64,000 nucleotides of DNA from an uncultured Gammaproteobacteria bacterium (GTDB lineage: Bacteria; Patescibacteriota; Microgenomatia; Daviesbacterales; UBA10151): assembly GCA_964394855.1 (NCBI GenBank), contig CAYMZD010000003.1, positions 22,607 to 86,606 of the forward strand, in the 5' to 3' direction. The position numbers were made by a program, and so were the translations under genes. Numbering within the stretch: the first letter of the stretch is position 1; every line of letters begins with the position of its first letter. The notes under the pieces are model-generated. The model made no database searches, had not been told where the DNA came from, and was given only the letters and a program-made list of their open reading frames with translations. Positions 25,498 to 35,532 of this stretch are shown here, in pieces.

Positions 25498-26799
25498 TTA
25501 AATTTTCTCCTTTAAATAGTTTATTAATTGGTTGATGGAAACTCTTTCTTGTTTAGTGCTGTCTCTTTCACGTACTGTCACAGTTTCATCTTCCAAAGAC
25601 TTAAAATCCACTGTCACACAAAAAGGGGTACCTATTTCATCCTGACTGGCATAGCGACCCCCAATATTACCCCTTTCATCCCAGGCTACCATGAATTCTT
25701 TTTTTAAGTCAAGACAGATTTTTCTAGCCAAATCCACTAAATCCGGTTTATTGGCTAAAAGTGGAAAAACAGCCACTTTGTAAGGAGCAAGTTTGGGGTG
25801 AAGCTTTAAAATAACCCTGCTATTTTCTTCGCAATAAGCATCAATCAGGAAAAATAAAGCTGCTCTATCCACACCTCCTGATGTTTCAATCACCCAGGGA
25901 AGATATTCTTCCCCTGTTTCCAAATCTTTATATTTCATATTTTGACCAGAATACTCCTGGTGTCTTAATAAATCCCAATCGCCGCGGTGATGTATCCCCT
26001 CAAACTCTTTCCATCCGAAGGGGGAATCGTACTCTATATCTGTAGCAGCACGAGCATAGTGAGCTCTTTCACCCTCCTCATGATCCCTAAAACGCATTTT
26101 ATCTTTATTTATACCTAAACTGATATACCAATCCAAACGGGCCTCCTTCCAATACTCAAACCACTTTTTCCCTTCAGACTCTTTTGGTTCAATATAGTAT
26201 TGCACTTCCATTTGCTCAAACTCCCTAGAACGGAAAGTAAAATTGCCCGGAGTGATTTCATTTCTAAAAGCTTTGCCCACTTGAGCTATTCCAAAGGGCA
26301 ATTTCACCCGAGATGAATCTATCACCTGCCTAAAATTAACATGTACCCCTTGAGTAATTTCACCCCGAAGATAAATTTCAGATTGTTTTCCCTCAACAAC
26401 ACCAAGGTATGTTTTAACAAGTAAATTAAACTTTTGAGTATCTGTCCAATCTGATTTTCCACCATGAGATACTTCATGTTCTTTAATCACATCCTCTTGA
26501 TCAGCTCGGACTCTCTCATGACAGATTTTGCACTCAATTAAAGGATCTGTGAAAGCTTCTACATGGCCGGAGGCTTCCCAAACTTTCGGATTCATCATAA
26601 TGGCAGCATCTATCCCCACCATGTCCTCACGGCGCTGCACCATATCTTTCCACCACTCCTGCTTAATATTTCTTTTTAACTCAACTCCAAGGGGACCATA
26701 ATCCCAAGTTCCTGCCAAACCTCCATAAATTTCCGAGCCGGGATAAATAAATCCCCGCCTTTTACAAAGCGCGACTACTTTATCCATTAGATCTGTCAT
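25498..26799 (-). CDS. glyQS: Glycyl-tRNA synthetase, alpha2 homodimeric type
   Basis: MTDLMDKVVALCKRRGFIYPGSEIYGGLAGTWDYGPLG is the canonical dimeric GlyRS N-terminus. Class II motifs and the C-terminal anticodon-binding domain are present. Confidence 0.9.
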   Translation of the reverse strand: MTDLMDKVVALCKRRGFIYPGSEIYGGLAGTWDYGPLGVELKRNIKQEWWKDMVQRREDMVGIDAAIMMNPKVWEASGHVEAFTDPLIECKICHERVRADQEDVIKEHEVSHGGKSDWTDTQKFNLLVKTYLGVVEGKQSEIYLRGEITQGVHVNFRQVIDSSRVKLPFGIAQVGKAFRNEITPGNFTFRSREFEQMEVQYYIEPKESEGKKWFEYWKEARLDWYISLGINKDKMRFRDHEEGERAHYARAATDIEYDSPFGWKEFEGIHHRGDWDLLRHQEYSGQNMKYKDLETGEEYLPWVIETSGGVDRAALFFLIDAYCEENSRVILKLHPKLAPYKVAVFPLLANKPDLVDLARKICLDLKKEFMVAWDERGNIGGRYASQDEIGTPFCVTVDFKSLEDETVTVRERDSTKQERVSINQLINYLKEKI

Positions 26800-27434
26800 A
26801 TCTTTTTCAAGAACAGTCTGCTTTTTAACTTGCCTTCAATCACTCTTTCTATAGTGTAACGTAATGTGTTTTCCAATTCCAGAGCCTGTTTTTCATTTAT
26901 CTTAATTTTCTCAATCTCATCCCAATTTAGTATTTCCAAATTAGCCAATAACCTAAACGATCGTTGATGATATTGGTTATTTTGTGGCTGGAAACTGATA
27001 AATCCCAAATAACTTAAAATTTTGGCCTCATATGCTCTGATTAAAATTTGGCGGGGGTTTCTGGATAATCTTTGCAGGACATTTATCAAATGTTCATACA
27101 AAATCTTGTTTTCCTGATTTTCCGCGGTTAATTTATCAGTTAGTTCTAAAATATGATATGCATAAGTGGAAAGAGTTAAGTCTTCTTTTAAGTTTTGGAA
27201 TGTATCCAAAGATTGAGCTTCTGTTAATATTAAAAAATTCTTGCCTGGATGAAGATACATCTGGACCCGATTTAGAAGTTCCACATTGCCGGAGCGCCGA
27301 GAGGTAATTCGCCGTACTCCTTTAGCCAAAACAGAAATTTTTCCCCGATGGAGTGAAAATATGGTAAGTATCCTATCTGCCTCCCCCAAATCCCTCCTCT
27401 TTAAAATTACCCCTTCTGTCTTAAACCCTAACAT
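26796..27434 (-). CDS. recO: DNA repair protein RecO
   Basis: The N-terminal OB-fold block EGVILKRRDLGEADRILTIFSLHRGKISVLAKGVRR matches the RecO consensus. 212 aa. Confidence 0.7.
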   Translation of the reverse strand: MLGFKTEGVILKRRDLGEADRILTIFSLHRGKISVLAKGVRRITSRRSGNVELLNRVQMYLHPGKNFLILTEAQSLDTFQNLKEDLTLSTYAYHILELTDKLTAENQENKILYEHLINVLQRLSRNPRQILIRAYEAKILSYLGFISFQPQNNQYHQRSFRLLANLEILNWDEIEKIKINEKQALELENTLRYTIERVIEGKLKSRLFLKKI

Positions 27435-27442
27435 GAGGCTTA

Positions 27443-29281
27443 TTATAGTTCAAATTTGAATTCTTTATCTTGATCCAATTTAAATTTGGCTTTTTGGGAG
27501 CCGTTAATTTTAATAGTGTATTCAAAATCTTTGGCTCCGGGCTGTTTTTGGACCAATAACTTATATTCACCCTTAGGATTATACGGCACAGTGTATTCTA
27601 TCTCTAACTTTCTTGAATTTTGTGGCCTGACAGTCACAAAGGCCTCAAAAACTCCTTTTCCAAGCTGTTCAATGGTATTGATACCATCTTCCGAGCCTTT
27701 GGAGGAAATTAGCTTACTCCCCTTAGGTACAAAAAAGCGGACATAATCCCTGTTGATACCATTTAACCATACCCCAAAGGGTTGGGAATTTTTATATTCA
27801 ATGATAACCTTCTTTCTCACTTCCGAACCTTTAACACTAATCTCCTGGGTGACTTTTTGCTCAACATAGAGATTAGACTTGCCCCCAGCAAAATTAGCAT
27901 CATTGATGTGAAGGTAATCACCATCAAAATCTTTTATTTCTCCTATCCAATTAAGCTTTGCTAAAGAGTTTTGAGTCCTCCTGTCGTGTATGTAAAACAT
28001 CACATGCTTGTGATTGGCCAACCTAATGATTGTCTCCAGGGCTTGAGGAACTTTCTCCGTATCAGCTCCCACCAGTTTGGCCAAAATTTGAGACATTAAA
28101 ACACCTAAAATGGCCTTTCTATCTTGCGTTCCTTTAGCAGCCACCTCTGCATATGATTCCAGTTCATAAATAACATTAGGACAATTGCATCTTGGGTCTA
28201 ACTTTGCAGAGTAGGGAGTGCCAAAAATATCAACTTCGCCAGTCACTTCAATTAACTCTTCTACCACTTGAGAATCAATATAAATGATGCCATCAAAAGG
28301 GGTGCCTTGTCCCAAAAGTAGATACATTCTCTCAAATTCTTGGGCAGCAGTGGGTAGATCTGGAGAAATATTGGAATCTCTCATACTCCAAGCAGAGCGG
28401 GGTTTACCAGATACTTCAGGCAGATATTTGACAATTGGTGGAGGCGGGGTTAAAGGACAGATTTTGGATTCACAAGTGGCTAATAAACGTTCATCCAAAC
28501 GATAGATATCATCAGAGGTAGTAGTTGTCACTTGACCTCTGTCAACTTTTAAGAAGGCATAGGCCGTGATAAAACCGCCTGTGGGTCTAATCTCTTTATC
28601 ATTTTGAAAAAGTAAGAGGTAGTTTTTAGGACTCTGTTGTCCCAGGGCAGTAGGTGTCACCTCTAGGGCATCTTTGGCGTCTGTGACAGCAGCGTGAGTT
28701 CCTACCATAAAGTTCTTGGCTGTTTGGACAACTTGTTTGACATTTATTCCTCTAAATTGCGACGGATATTTATCTACATCTATTTTTTCCACTTTTTCCC
28801 GGGCTTTTTTTAAGTTAGGCTCCACTTTAGTAAAAGAAGGTAGTGATTTTTCTAAAACCTTTAAGCTTTGCGAGATTCTATCCGGACCAGTAATAGGTTT
28901 TCCCAAAAACCCCAATTCTTCCTCATGTGGTTTTAAATCAGCTAGAATTTTTTCCACTGCCTCAAGATCGTCTATCCCTGCAGAGGTCAGTGATTTAATA
29001 TCCCCATAATATCCTCCCACCACCGGAATAATTTTCATCCATAAAAGAAGATTTAAGGATACATCAACTCGGGTGAGTGCATCATGTGTCTCTTTGACTT
29101 GAGCTTGAATTTGTCCAAAATTCTGCTGCTGGTAAGCAGAAGCTATGGCTTTAGCTTTGACTCCTAAATCCTTCATTCCATCCACAATAACTTTAAAAGG
29201 AATGCCAACAATGAGGACTAAAATTACAAAAAAAATAATTAATCGAGTTAAAGGCCGTTTTTTATTTAAATTTTTCAGCAT
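27443..29281 (-). CDS. DUF4012-like membrane-anchored extracytoplasmic protein, 612 aa
   Basis: N-terminal TM followed by a large external domain. The block YLLLFQNDKEIRPTGGFITAYAFLKVDRG matches my recollection of the DUF4012 hallmark (LLL.QNNAE.R.TGG.IG). The gene sits immediately upstream of the priming glycosyltransferase. Confidence 0.5.
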   Translation of the reverse strand: MLKNLNKKRPLTRLIIFFVILVLIVGIPFKVIVDGMKDLGVKAKAIASAYQQQNFGQIQAQVKETHDALTRVDVSLNLLLWMKIIPVVGGYYGDIKSLTSAGIDDLEAVEKILADLKPHEEELGFLGKPITGPDRISQSLKVLEKSLPSFTKVEPNLKKAREKVEKIDVDKYPSQFRGINVKQVVQTAKNFMVGTHAAVTDAKDALEVTPTALGQQSPKNYLLLFQNDKEIRPTGGFITAYAFLKVDRGQVTTTTSDDIYRLDERLLATCESKICPLTPPPPIVKYLPEVSGKPRSAWSMRDSNISPDLPTAAQEFERMYLLLGQGTPFDGIIYIDSQVVEELIEVTGEVDIFGTPYSAKLDPRCNCPNVIYELESYAEVAAKGTQDRKAILGVLMSQILAKLVGADTEKVPQALETIIRLANHKHVMFYIHDRRTQNSLAKLNWIGEIKDFDGDYLHINDANFAGGKSNLYVEQKVTQEISVKGSEVRKKVIIEYKNSQPFGVWLNGINRDYVRFFVPKGSKLISSKGSEDGINTIEQLGKGVFEAFVTVRPQNSRKLEIEYTVPYNPKGEYKLLVQKQPGAKDFEYTIKINGSQKAKFKLDQDKEFKFEL

Positions 29282-29916
29282 TAAATTGCTCCTTTTCCCG
29301 AAAGAACCGCCGGGATAGTTTTAAGGATGATCCACAAATCAAAAATAATTGAGCGTTTTTGTATATATTTAGCATCCATCTGAACTCTTTTATCAAAATT
29401 TATTTCTGAACGACCGGATACTTGCCAAAGCCCAGTTAATCCTGGTTTACCAGATAAGATAATCTTAACATACTCGCGGGAGTTAGGATGTTTAATTTGT
29501 TGCTCTTCCAACTCAAAAGGATAATATGCTCTGGGGCCAACTATACTCATCTCGCCCCTTAGGATATTAATCAGTTGGGGGAGCTCATCCAAAGAGGTTT
29601 TGCGGATAAATTTCCCCACTCTGGTAATTCTGGGATCCTCATCAATAGGCAATTTATAACTATTTTGTTTATATTTTTTAAGTAAGTCTGGATTATTGTT
29701 AAGTATCTCCTGGGCACCAATAATCATTGATCTAAATTTATACATTTTGAAAAGTTTCCCGCTTTTTCCCACTCTCATGGGTGTATCAGCTAAAATTGGA
29801 CCCTTTGAATCTAGCTTTATAGCCAAGGTCACAAATAGTAAAAAAGGGGATAAAATAATGAGCCCTAAACTTGAGCCCATAAAATCTATTAACCTTTTAG
29901 CAAAATTGTAGACCAT
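29281..29916 (-). CDS. Polyprenyl-phosphate phosphoglycosyltransferase, small monotopic PglC/WecP-type 'bacterial sugar transferase'
   Basis: KRLIDFMGSSLGLIILSPFLLF (re-entrant helix), PRITRVGKFIRKTSLDELPQLINILRGEMSIVGPR (PF02397 hallmark). Start chosen at MVYNFAKRLIDF. The track start would overlap the upstream GT4 by about 90 nt. Confidence 0.85.
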   Translation of the reverse strand: MVYNFAKRLIDFMGSSLGLIILSPFLLFVTLAIKLDSKGPILADTPMRVGKSGKLFKMYKFRSMIIGAQEILNNNPDLLKKYKQNSYKLPIDEDPRITRVGKFIRKTSLDELPQLINILRGEMSIVGPRAYYPFELEEQQIKHPNSREYVKIILSGKPGLTGLWQVSGRSEINFDKRVQMDAKYIQKRSIIFDLWIILKTIPAVLSGKGAI

Positions 29917-29923
29917 AAGTCTT

Positions 29924-30937
29924 TTAAGTGTACAACAAAGAGTCAATGGTTTGTCTAAAATTTTTAATAAATTTATTCTTACTAAAATTTGTGGCATTTT
30001 CCAGACAATCATTGGGGTTTATTTTAATAGCATGCAACCCCAAAAGAGCCTTTTCCAAACCTTCAACAGTCTGTTCATCAAAAAATGTGCCTGTTTTAAG
30101 CTCAACTACTGTTTCCAATGCACCTCCTTTTTTATAAGCTACCACAGGTTTACCCAGAGCTTGAGCTTCCAAACTGGTTAATCCAAAATCCTCTATCCCT
30201 GGCATGATGAGGGCTCTGCACCCAGCTAAAATATTAACTACCATCTCATCACTCAATCCTCCTGCAATCATTTTAAAGGGAACTCCCATTTTTTTTAAGG
30301 CTTGAGTTGCCAAATCAAATCTTTTATATTTATTTGGCCTGCCTATCATGACAAAATAACCACCATCAAATGTTTCCACACCTTTAAATCTTTCCAGATC
30401 TATAAACGGATAAACCACTTTTGATTCCGTTCCGTAGACCCGCTTGATGCGCCTTCTCGCATTATCTGAACCAGCAATAAAAAAATCTACCCTTTTTGCG
30501 CAAACTTGATCATACAGTCTTAAGTTAGTCATCAAAGCTTCTCCTAAACCATAATTTCCATATCCTGAAAAATGCCACAAAAATCTGGGAGGGGTATGAC
30601 AATAACAAATATGAATTGTCCCGGGTTTGGTAATAATACACTTGGTAAATCTGGTGGTGTGGGAAATTACTAAATCAAACATACTAAAATCAAACTGTTC
30701 AAAAGCAATTGGATAAAAGGGTAACATCATTTTATATAAAGCCTTCCATCCTGGAATTTTTTGTAGAAAAGATGTTATTATTTTTTTCTTGCCAAATCTT
30801 TTTTTAAGCTCCGTATGGTTTTCATCATAAACAGAAGTATAAATCGGCGCATCAGGATAAATCTCACAAAGTCCCTCAAGGACTCTTTCTGCTCCTCCCC
30901 ATTGCACCAAATCATCATGAACAATGGCTACCCGCAT
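29924..30937 (-). CDS. GT4-family glycosyltransferase
   Basis: Start MRVAIVHDDLVQWGGAERVLEGL and a C-terminal GT-B block DFGLTSLEAQALGKPVV (E-x7-E variant). Confidence 0.75.
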   Translation of the reverse strand: MRVAIVHDDLVQWGGAERVLEGLCEIYPDAPIYTSVYDENHTELKKRFGKKKIITSFLQKIPGWKALYKMMLPFYPIAFEQFDFSMFDLVISHTTRFTKCIITKPGTIHICYCHTPPRFLWHFSGYGNYGLGEALMTNLRLYDQVCAKRVDFFIAGSDNARRRIKRVYGTESKVVYPFIDLERFKGVETFDGGYFVMIGRPNKYKRFDLATQALKKMGVPFKMIAGGLSDEMVVNILAGCRALIMPGIEDFGLTSLEAQALGKPVVAYKKGGALETVVELKTGTFFDEQTVEGLEKALLGLHAIKINPNDCLENATNFSKNKFIKNFRQTIDSLLYT

Positions 30938-32025
30938 TTATGGTATACCTCCAGTGTTTGCTTTGCTAATTTTTGCCAACTAAAATCTTTATATCTTTTT
31001 AATCCCTTCTTTACTAGCTCTAATCTTCTCTCCTCACTATTTAAGACTTGAAAAAATTTTTCCACCATATCATTTATGTCATGAGGATTAAAATAAATGC
31101 ATGCGTCCCCTCCCACTTCCGGTAAACTACCTGCATTTGAGGAAACAACAGGACAACCAAGCGCCATAGCCTCTAAAATTGGAATACCAAAACCCTCCTC
31201 AAAACTGGGCATCACAAACATAAGCGCATTTTTGTAGAGAGAAACTAATTCTTCATCTGTTACATATCCTTTATAAATAATGTCCGGATTTTGATATTCT
31301 TTTCTAATTCTTTGCCAGAAATAATGATCATGACCAGCTAAAACCAATTTTAAATTTGGATAATCTTTCTTGATCCTTAAAAATGCTTTGATTAACCCTT
31401 CCACATTTTTATGAGGATGAGCATTTCCCACATAAAAAATATAAGGGTTTCCTACCAAATTTCCATGTTTCATTTTTGACACGGCCGTGACAATATTGTT
31501 ATCAACTGCTTCATAAGTTACAATTATTTTTTGACTATTAACTCTCCACTCATCCATTAACTGTTTTTTGACAAACTGTGAGGGAGCTATAATCTTTTCT
31601 GAATTTTTGACAGCCCGCTCAAAAACTTTTTTGTAACTAAATTGTTTTAGTTTATGAATAACATGACTATGGGTAGTGGCCCGCTGCATGGAAAAATGTT
31701 GATGAATAAGATCATGAATTGTCACCATAAATTTACCCCCATAAAAAATGGGTACATTAAAATGGGGAAAATGTACTATATCTGGTTTAATCCGATTTAA
31801 TATCCGCGGTAATCTAATCTGTTCCTTAACCCCATACCAGCGAAAATCAGCCAAAATCTTTTGGAAATTATTATTTAACACCAGTCTATCATAATCAATT
31901 TTTAAAAGAAGGATAAAATATTCGTTTTGTTTATCTAATTTCTGCAAACTATCAATCAAGTTCCTGATATATCTTCCCAACCCTGCTTCATGATACATTC
32001 TGCCGTCTATGACAATTTTCATCAT
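30928..32025 (-). CDS. GT4-family glycosyltransferase
   Basis: MKIVIDGRMYHEAGLGRYIRNL and EGFGIPILEAMALGCPVV (E-x7-E). Start trimmed to MMKIV. Confidence 0.8.
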   Translation of the reverse strand: MMKIVIDGRMYHEAGLGRYIRNLIDSLQKLDKQNEYFILLLKIDYDRLVLNNNFQKILADFRWYGVKEQIRLPRILNRIKPDIVHFPHFNVPIFYGGKFMVTIHDLIHQHFSMQRATTHSHVIHKLKQFSYKKVFERAVKNSEKIIAPSQFVKKQLMDEWRVNSQKIIVTYEAVDNNIVTAVSKMKHGNLVGNPYIFYVGNAHPHKNVEGLIKAFLRIKKDYPNLKLVLAGHDHYFWQRIRKEYQNPDIIYKGYVTDEELVSLYKNALMFVMPSFEEGFGIPILEAMALGCPVVSSNAGSLPEVGGDACIYFNPHDINDMVEKFFQVLNSEERRLELVKKGLKRYKDFSWQKLAKQTLEVYHKCG

Positions 32026-32027
32026 GA

Positions 32028-32915
32028 TTAAACAGTGTTGCTCCTCCTCGCTAGCCACCATTTTAAGTTAATTCCCCAATATACCAACCAATTAATCAAA
32101 AACGGATATTTCTCCTCCAGATGTTTTTTATAAAAAATTTTCATAGTTTGATAAAAAGAATTTAAAGCCTGTTTTTGTGAGATTTCAGAAGCAGTGGCAA
32201 TTTTTTGAGAATGTTTTTTAATACCAGATGTCACTCCTTTGTAATGAATAATTTTGACATCTGGCACGTACATTATTTTATAACCTGCAGTTTTAATGCG
32301 AAAACACAAGTCCAGGTCTTCGCCGTAAAGAAAATAATCTTCATCAAATAAACCAACTTTACGAAGGACATCTTTTCTGGTCATAAAAAAAGCTCCAGAT
32401 ATAGCATCTACCTCATGAGGTTTTGTCATATCTCTATCTTTTAAATGATATAAACTGTCAATCTTCAAAACAAAGTATAAAAATGAGGCCCAAGGAGTGG
32501 GAAAACCTCTATGGGAAGCAAGGTCCATTAAACCATCAGCTTTTTCCACCCTACAAGACGCGCCGCCCACATCTGGATTTTGTTCCAGATATGAAACCAT
32601 GTACGGTAAGGTTCCTGGTAAAACTTTGCTGTCCGGATTAAGCAGTAAAATATATTTTGTGGTAACTTTCTTTAAGACTAAATTATTAGCCCTACCAAAT
32701 CCCAAATTTTCTTTATTTTTTAAATAGTTTATTTTGGGAAATTTAATTTTTGCTTTTTGTAAACTGCCGTCCACTGATGCATTATCTATAACCCAGGTAT
32801 CAAAATTTAGCTCATCTTCAACATTTTCCAGGGACTGAAGACATTGTAATAAATAGTCCCCCCCGTTAAAATTAACAATAATAATAGATAAGTTATTTTT
32901 TGCCAAGTTGCTCAT
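32028..32915 (-). CDS. GT2-family glycosyltransferase (rhamnosyltransferase-like)
   Basis: LSIIIVNFNGGDYLLQCLQSL, VIDNASVDGS, ENLGFGRANN, LLNPDSKV, GEDLDLCFR. Confidence 0.8.
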   Translation of the reverse strand: MSNLAKNNLSIIIVNFNGGDYLLQCLQSLENVEDELNFDTWVIDNASVDGSLQKAKIKFPKINYLKNKENLGFGRANNLVLKKVTTKYILLLNPDSKVLPGTLPYMVSYLEQNPDVGGASCRVEKADGLMDLASHRGFPTPWASFLYFVLKIDSLYHLKDRDMTKPHEVDAISGAFFMTRKDVLRKVGLFDEDYFLYGEDLDLCFRIKTAGYKIMYVPDVKIIHYKGVTSGIKKHSQKIATASEISQKQALNSFYQTMKIFYKKHLEEKYPFLINWLVYWGINLKWWLARRSNTV

Positions 32916-34083
32916 AGATGGTGCTTAATTTGGCCGCTATCATCTCATAACTATATTTTTTCTCCACTAATTTTCTGGCATTTTTGGCAATTTGTTCATA
33001 AAACTCTCTTTGTTGTAAAATCCTCACTGTTAAATTTGCTAAATCCAAAGGACTATCTCCCACCAAAACCGATTTTCCATTTACTGCATCTATTCCCTCA
33101 ATCCCAATAGAAGTTGTCACCACTGGTAAGCTCGATGCCATGGCTCCTAAGATTTTTAAACGAGTCCCTCCTGGTCCATATAAGGGAGCAATCAGTATTC
33201 CTGCATGATGATAGGCTTTTTGTACTCCTTCAACATCATCAATTTTTAAATTATGTAAGGTAATACCTTCTCCAGCCAGGGAGGAAATTTTTTCCGTATT
33301 TTGACCGGCAATTACCAATTGTACTTGAGGTAGTTGTCGGACAATTAGGGGATAAATTTCTCTGGCTAAAATTCTGGCTGCTTCAATATTTTGTAACCAG
33401 GCATAATTACCCATAAAAAGGATGATATGATTAAAGTGTATCGCTACATTCTCCATTAAATCTTCACCCACACCATTTGGTACCACCTCAACTTTTAAGT
33501 TTTTAACTAACTTTTCCATTACCATGGCATCCCTTGGTGAAACTGCCACTACCATCTTGGCCTTGCGCCAAAAGTATGTTTCCCAAAATTTAATTTTTAA
33601 AACATCAATGTATAGAATGGGACGAAGTAGGGCTGGGCGGAAATTCTTTACATAATGTTGGTACACCTCATATTCTATGGTCTGATCTACTAAAACTACC
33701 GCAATGTTAGTTTGGGGAAGATGAGGGCTAACATAAAAAGTTTCGGCATGAATAATGTCAAAATCTTCCTCTGATAAAATTTTCTTAACTACTTCTTTTT
33801 CTTCTTGGGAAAAATTTCTAATCACCAAAAAGGGGTAAAGTGAAAAAGCAGTTTTAAATATATTTTTAATAGTCCATGGTTTTTCTGCTCTTTTAAAAAC
33901 GAAAACTTTTTGACAATATTTTTTTAGATTGTTGACATATTTTTTTTCCTCATCATGTTTTATGAGAGAACAAAGCGTAATTTGATGTTTTTTTGATAAC
34001 TGCTTGATCAAATTATAAGATCTTATTTGACCACCAGAAGATGGTGGGTAAGGAAGATACGGTGTCAGCATCAAAATTTTCAT
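32893..34083 (-). CDS. GT4-family glycosyltransferase
   Basis: MKILMLTPYLPYPPSSGGQIRSYNLIKQL is a GT4 N-terminal motif. GT-B C-terminal half. Confidence 0.8.
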   Translation of the reverse strand: MKILMLTPYLPYPPSSGGQIRSYNLIKQLSKKHQITLCSLIKHDEEKKYVNNLKKYCQKVFVFKRAEKPWTIKNIFKTAFSLYPFLVIRNFSQEEKEVVKKILSEEDFDIIHAETFYVSPHLPQTNIAVVLVDQTIEYEVYQHYVKNFRPALLRPILYIDVLKIKFWETYFWRKAKMVVAVSPRDAMVMEKLVKNLKVEVVPNGVGEDLMENVAIHFNHIILFMGNYAWLQNIEAARILAREIYPLIVRQLPQVQLVIAGQNTEKISSLAGEGITLHNLKIDDVEGVQKAYHHAGILIAPLYGPGGTRLKILGAMASSLPVVTTSIGIEGIDAVNGKSVLVGDSPLDLANLTVRILQQREFYEQIAKNARKLVEKKYSYEMIAAKLSTIYEQLGKK

Positions 34084-34086
34084 AAT

Positions 34087-35532
34087 TTATGGCTCTGGAT
34101 CATCTTTACTAAATTCTTTTTTTATTTTTGTTAAATCAACAATTACATAATTTGGAGTTTCCTCTAAAACTGTAAAATGTCTCATGGCCCATTTGGTTTG
34201 ACCATCTTTGGCCACTGACACCAGATGAGTAACACCGAAGTTCGCTACCATCTCGGCGAAGGGGAAAGCAACCACTGGCCAACCCGGTCTATCGATTTGG
34301 TAAAGAAAAGCCGTGTCACCACTGTACGGAGCCACCACCACTGCATTTTGAGGAAGGAGTTGATCCGCCTTTTTCCCTGCCTCAATAATGGGGGGATTAT
34401 TAATTTTGTAAAGTTCCTTAACTTGGGTCCAACTAAAATAAAACATCAGAGAAAAAAATAACACTGCCGAAAAAAAAGACCAAAATCTTGATACAAAATT
34501 AGCACTGCCCTTAATTAGGTAGACAAAACCAATACTGGCAAAGACAGAGGCCACTGGAACAAATATAATCTGATAATAATCATGTCTGACATTGCCTGTG
34601 GCAAAAACCACAAAATATAAAAACATAGCCAAGGCCCAAAGATGAAGAAAAAAATTCCCATCTTTAGGTCTTATTAAAAGACCTAAAAAGAAAAGAAATG
34701 CTCCTGTGACTCCCAATATTTCTCTACCAATCCTCTCGGATATTATCCACCACCAAAAGGCTGGTCTAAAACGGATACCATCTCCATTAAGGAGCCAATT
34801 CGATGCTGGGATGCCCTCTGGAGACTGTAATATCCACAGCCTCCATAAAATAAAGGGTAGTAGTGACAGAAACAAAAAAAGCAAAAGTTTTTTAGAAATT
34901 AATTTACCATTTTTTTTGTAATATACAGCCCCTAGAGGAAGCAGGTAAAAAATAGCCCAAGGCTTTATTAAAAAAGATAAAGCAGTAAAAAATCCTGCCC
35001 ACCACAAAAACTTCCTTCCCTCCCAGATCCAACGATCCACAAAAAAGATCATGCCCAAAGCAAAGAAAACAAATGTTGGCTCTGGCAAAGTGGTTCTGGA
35101 GAAAAAGATGTTGAATGGTAAGAAAGCAAAGACCAAAGCTGCCAAATAGGCCACAGCCACTGACGCATATTTTCTGACTATCAAATATAAAAAAACTAAA
35201 CTACCCACAGAGAAAATAACAGAAACAAGACGATGAAGCCATTCTTGAACACCAAAAACAAGATATAAAGGATAAACTGCTATATTGTAAACTGGAAACT
35301 CCACAAAGCGGTATCTGGCCAGATTGGGGTAGGGAGCTTCTGCCACACCTGATGTGTCATCATATTTGGGCAAAAAAGGATTAAAACCCTCCTTAATAAA
35401 ATTTCTGGTGACGGCTGCCGTATCTGCTTGCCTCCAAGAGTGCCAATCAGCAATTGGGGAATCTATTTTATAAAGCCTGACTAAAAAGGCTAAGATGACA
35501 ATAAGTATTAACCAGGCTTTATTTATTTTCAT
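34087..35532 (-). CDS. Polytopic membrane protein, putative GT-C-type (PMT/ArnT-like) glycosyltransferase
   Basis: About 11-12 TM helices. First loop reads RLYKIDSPIADWHSWRQADTAAVTRNF, a pattern I associate with GT39/ArnT-like annotations. There is a C-terminal soluble domain of about 100 aa. No database confirmation. Confidence 0.45.
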   Translation of the reverse strand: MKINKAWLILIVILAFLVRLYKIDSPIADWHSWRQADTAAVTRNFIKEGFNPFLPKYDDTSGVAEAPYPNLARYRFVEFPVYNIAVYPLYLVFGVQEWLHRLVSVIFSVGSLVFLYLIVRKYASVAVAYLAALVFAFLPFNIFFSRTTLPEPTFVFFALGMIFFVDRWIWEGRKFLWWAGFFTALSFLIKPWAIFYLLPLGAVYYKKNGKLISKKLLLFLFLSLLPFILWRLWILQSPEGIPASNWLLNGDGIRFRPAFWWWIISERIGREILGVTGAFLFFLGLLIRPKDGNFFLHLWALAMFLYFVVFATGNVRHDYYQIIFVPVASVFASIGFVYLIKGSANFVSRFWSFFSAVLFFSLMFYFSWTQVKELYKINNPPIIEAGKKADQLLPQNAVVVAPYSGDTAFLYQIDRPGWPVVAFPFAEMVANFGVTHLVSVAKDGQTKWAMRHFTVLEETPNYVIVDLTKIKKEFSKDDPEP

